Source: Candidatus Uhrbacteria bacterium (GTDB lineage Bacteria; Patescibacteriota; Patescibacteriia; UBA9934). Taken from it: DNA of 49,834 bases. This document shows positions 48,731 through 49,834 of this stretch, in pieces. Position numbers and translations under genes: made by a program. The notes beneath the pieces were generated by a model. The model saw only the letters and a program-made list of their open reading frames with translations. It ran no database searches and was not told the origin of the DNA. The DNA lies in contig DMOG01000011.1 of assembly GCA_003453595.1 (NCBI GenBank), positions 1-49,834 on the forward strand, in the 5' to 3' direction. The first letter of the stretch is position 1; each line of letters opens with the position of its first letter.

Positions 48731-49429
48731 ATGAACGAAGATAAAGAATTAAAAAAATTTGCAAAAAGTTTAGGGATATCATATTTACCTGATGGGCATT
48801 TCAAGCAAGCACTTGTTCACCGATCTTATCTAAACGAGCACGCGGATTTTCCAATTGGACACAATGAGCGATTGGAGTTTTTGGGAGATGCAGTTTTAGA
48901 GTTGGTGGTGACTGAATATTTGTTTGAAAGTTTTGATAATCCTGAAGGCGAATTAACAAATTATCGAGCCGCGCTTGTAAACGGACAAAACCTTGCCAAG
49001 GTTGCGCGCACCCTTGAGGTCGAGCCACAGTTATACCTTTCAAAAGGTGAGGCGCAGGACACAAGTGAAAAATCACGTAATTATATTTTGGCAAATAGCA
49101 TGGAGGCGATAATTGGGTCATTATATTTAGATTTTGGTTGGGAAGAATCAAAGAATTTTATTCACCATCATATTATTTCAACCTTACCGGATATTTTAGA
49201 GAAAAAGCTTTATATTGATCCAAAGAGTCGTTTTCAAGAGGAAAGTCAGTCACGCATGTCCACAACGCCTAGCTACAAAGTTTTAGAAGAATCCGGACCA
49301 GACCATAAAAAAACATTCCGCGTTGGTGCATTTTTAGGAAAGGAGTTGGTGGCTGAGGGTCTTGGAACATCAAAGCAAGAAGGCCAGGTAGAAGCAGCGC
49401 AGAATGCATTGGAGGCAAAGGGATGGTAG
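48731..49429 (+). CDS. rnc: Ribonuclease III
   Basis: ALVHRSY, NERLEFLGDAVL, EAIIGSLYLD, dsRBD PKSRFQE...GPDHKK. Confidence 0.98.
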   Translation: MNEDKELKKFAKSLGISYLPDGHFKQALVHRSYLNEHADFPIGHNERLEFLGDAVLELVVTEYLFESFDNPEGELTNYRAALVNGQNLAKVARTLEVEPQLYLSKGEAQDTSEKSRNYILANSMEAIIGSLYLDFGWEESKNFIHHHIISTLPDILEKKLYIDPKSRFQEESQSRMSTTPSYKVLEESGPDHKKTFRVGAFLGKELVAEGLGTSKQEGQVEAAQNALEAKGW

Positions 49430-49454
49430 GGGGATGAAAAGTAGAAAGTTCAAC

Positions 49455-49484
49455 AAAAATACCCCGACTATGTCGAGGTATTTT
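49455..49484. terminator. Bidirectional terminator between rnc and the tRNAs
   Basis: AAAAATACCCCGAC TAT GTCGAGGTATTTTT. Confidence 0.75.
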
Positions 49485-49560
49485 TGGTACACCGGGCGGG
49501 ATTCGAACCCACGACCCACTGGTTAAGAGCCAGTTGCTCTACCGACTGAGCTACCGGTGC
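49485..49560 (-). tRNA. tRNA-Lys (CTT)
   Basis: Reverse complement GCACCGGTAGCTCAGTCGGTAGAGCA-ACTGG CTCTTAA CCAGT-GGGTCGTGGGTTCGAATCCCGCCCGGTGTACCA. Confidence 0.96.
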
Positions 49561-49597
49561 TTGGTAGAACTGTGAGAGTTCTATTTATGATTTTTGA

Positions 49598-49674
49598 TGG
49601 TACGGCGTGAGGGATTCGAACCCACGACCTTCTGGTCCGAAGCCAGACGCTCTATCCAGCTGAGCTAACGCCGC
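49598..49674 (-). tRNA. tRNA-Arg (TCG)
   Basis: Reverse complement GCGGCGTTAGCTCAGCTGGATAGAGCG-TCTGG CTTCGGA CCAGA-AGGTCGTGGGTTCGAATCCCTCACGCCGTACCA. Confidence 0.95.
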
Positions 49675-49776
49675 GTTTTGATTATGTAACAAAGCCGGGT
49701 TTATTTTCCAGTTGCTTGTTTTTTTTGGCCAGGTAAGGCCTGATGGAAAAGAAAGCTAATGCCACATTGCGCGACA

Positions 49777-49805
49777 ATCGTATCTATATTTTTCATTTTA
49801 GTCAA
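49777..49805 (-). promoter_or_regulatory. Promoter of the tRNA-Arg/tRNA-Lys pair
   Basis: TTGACT-17-TACGAT. Confidence 0.7.
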
Positions 49806-49834
49806 GCAAATCGTTGTAGATAATAAATAATGTT

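Overview
AT-rich (roughly 38-40% GC by eye) chromosome segment of a Patescibacteria/CPR bacterium. The 16S sequence and gene content suggest Parcubacteria/ABY1; this is an inference. Core content: an unlinked 16S rRNA gene, four tRNAs (Pro-TGG, Glu-TTC, Lys-CTT, Arg-TCG) and housekeeping genes (khpA, trmD, rpsP, a short smc, nrnA-like DHH, clpP, vanW-family, hsp20, recQ, tsaD/tsaE, pilB, ftsH, rpsA, gyrA, rpmF, nusB, rnc), plus a MurL-MurD2 fusion. Three things stand out. (1) About nine isolated GC-rich (about 55-67% by eye) orphan loci, most with their own near-consensus sigma70 promoter, a Shine-Dalgarno site and a terminator, while many core genes look leaderless and SD-less. (2) One of these loci is an operon of four small membrane or amphipathic peptides, each followed by a member of one long-palindrome family (32.1-33.7 kb). 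(3) An unexplained promoter-to-terminator structured RNA of about 260 nt lies next to clpP. Several REP-like palindrome families (some nested, one inside smc) and 7/9-bp periodic repeats are also present. No integrase, transposase, Cas gene or CRISPR array was found.
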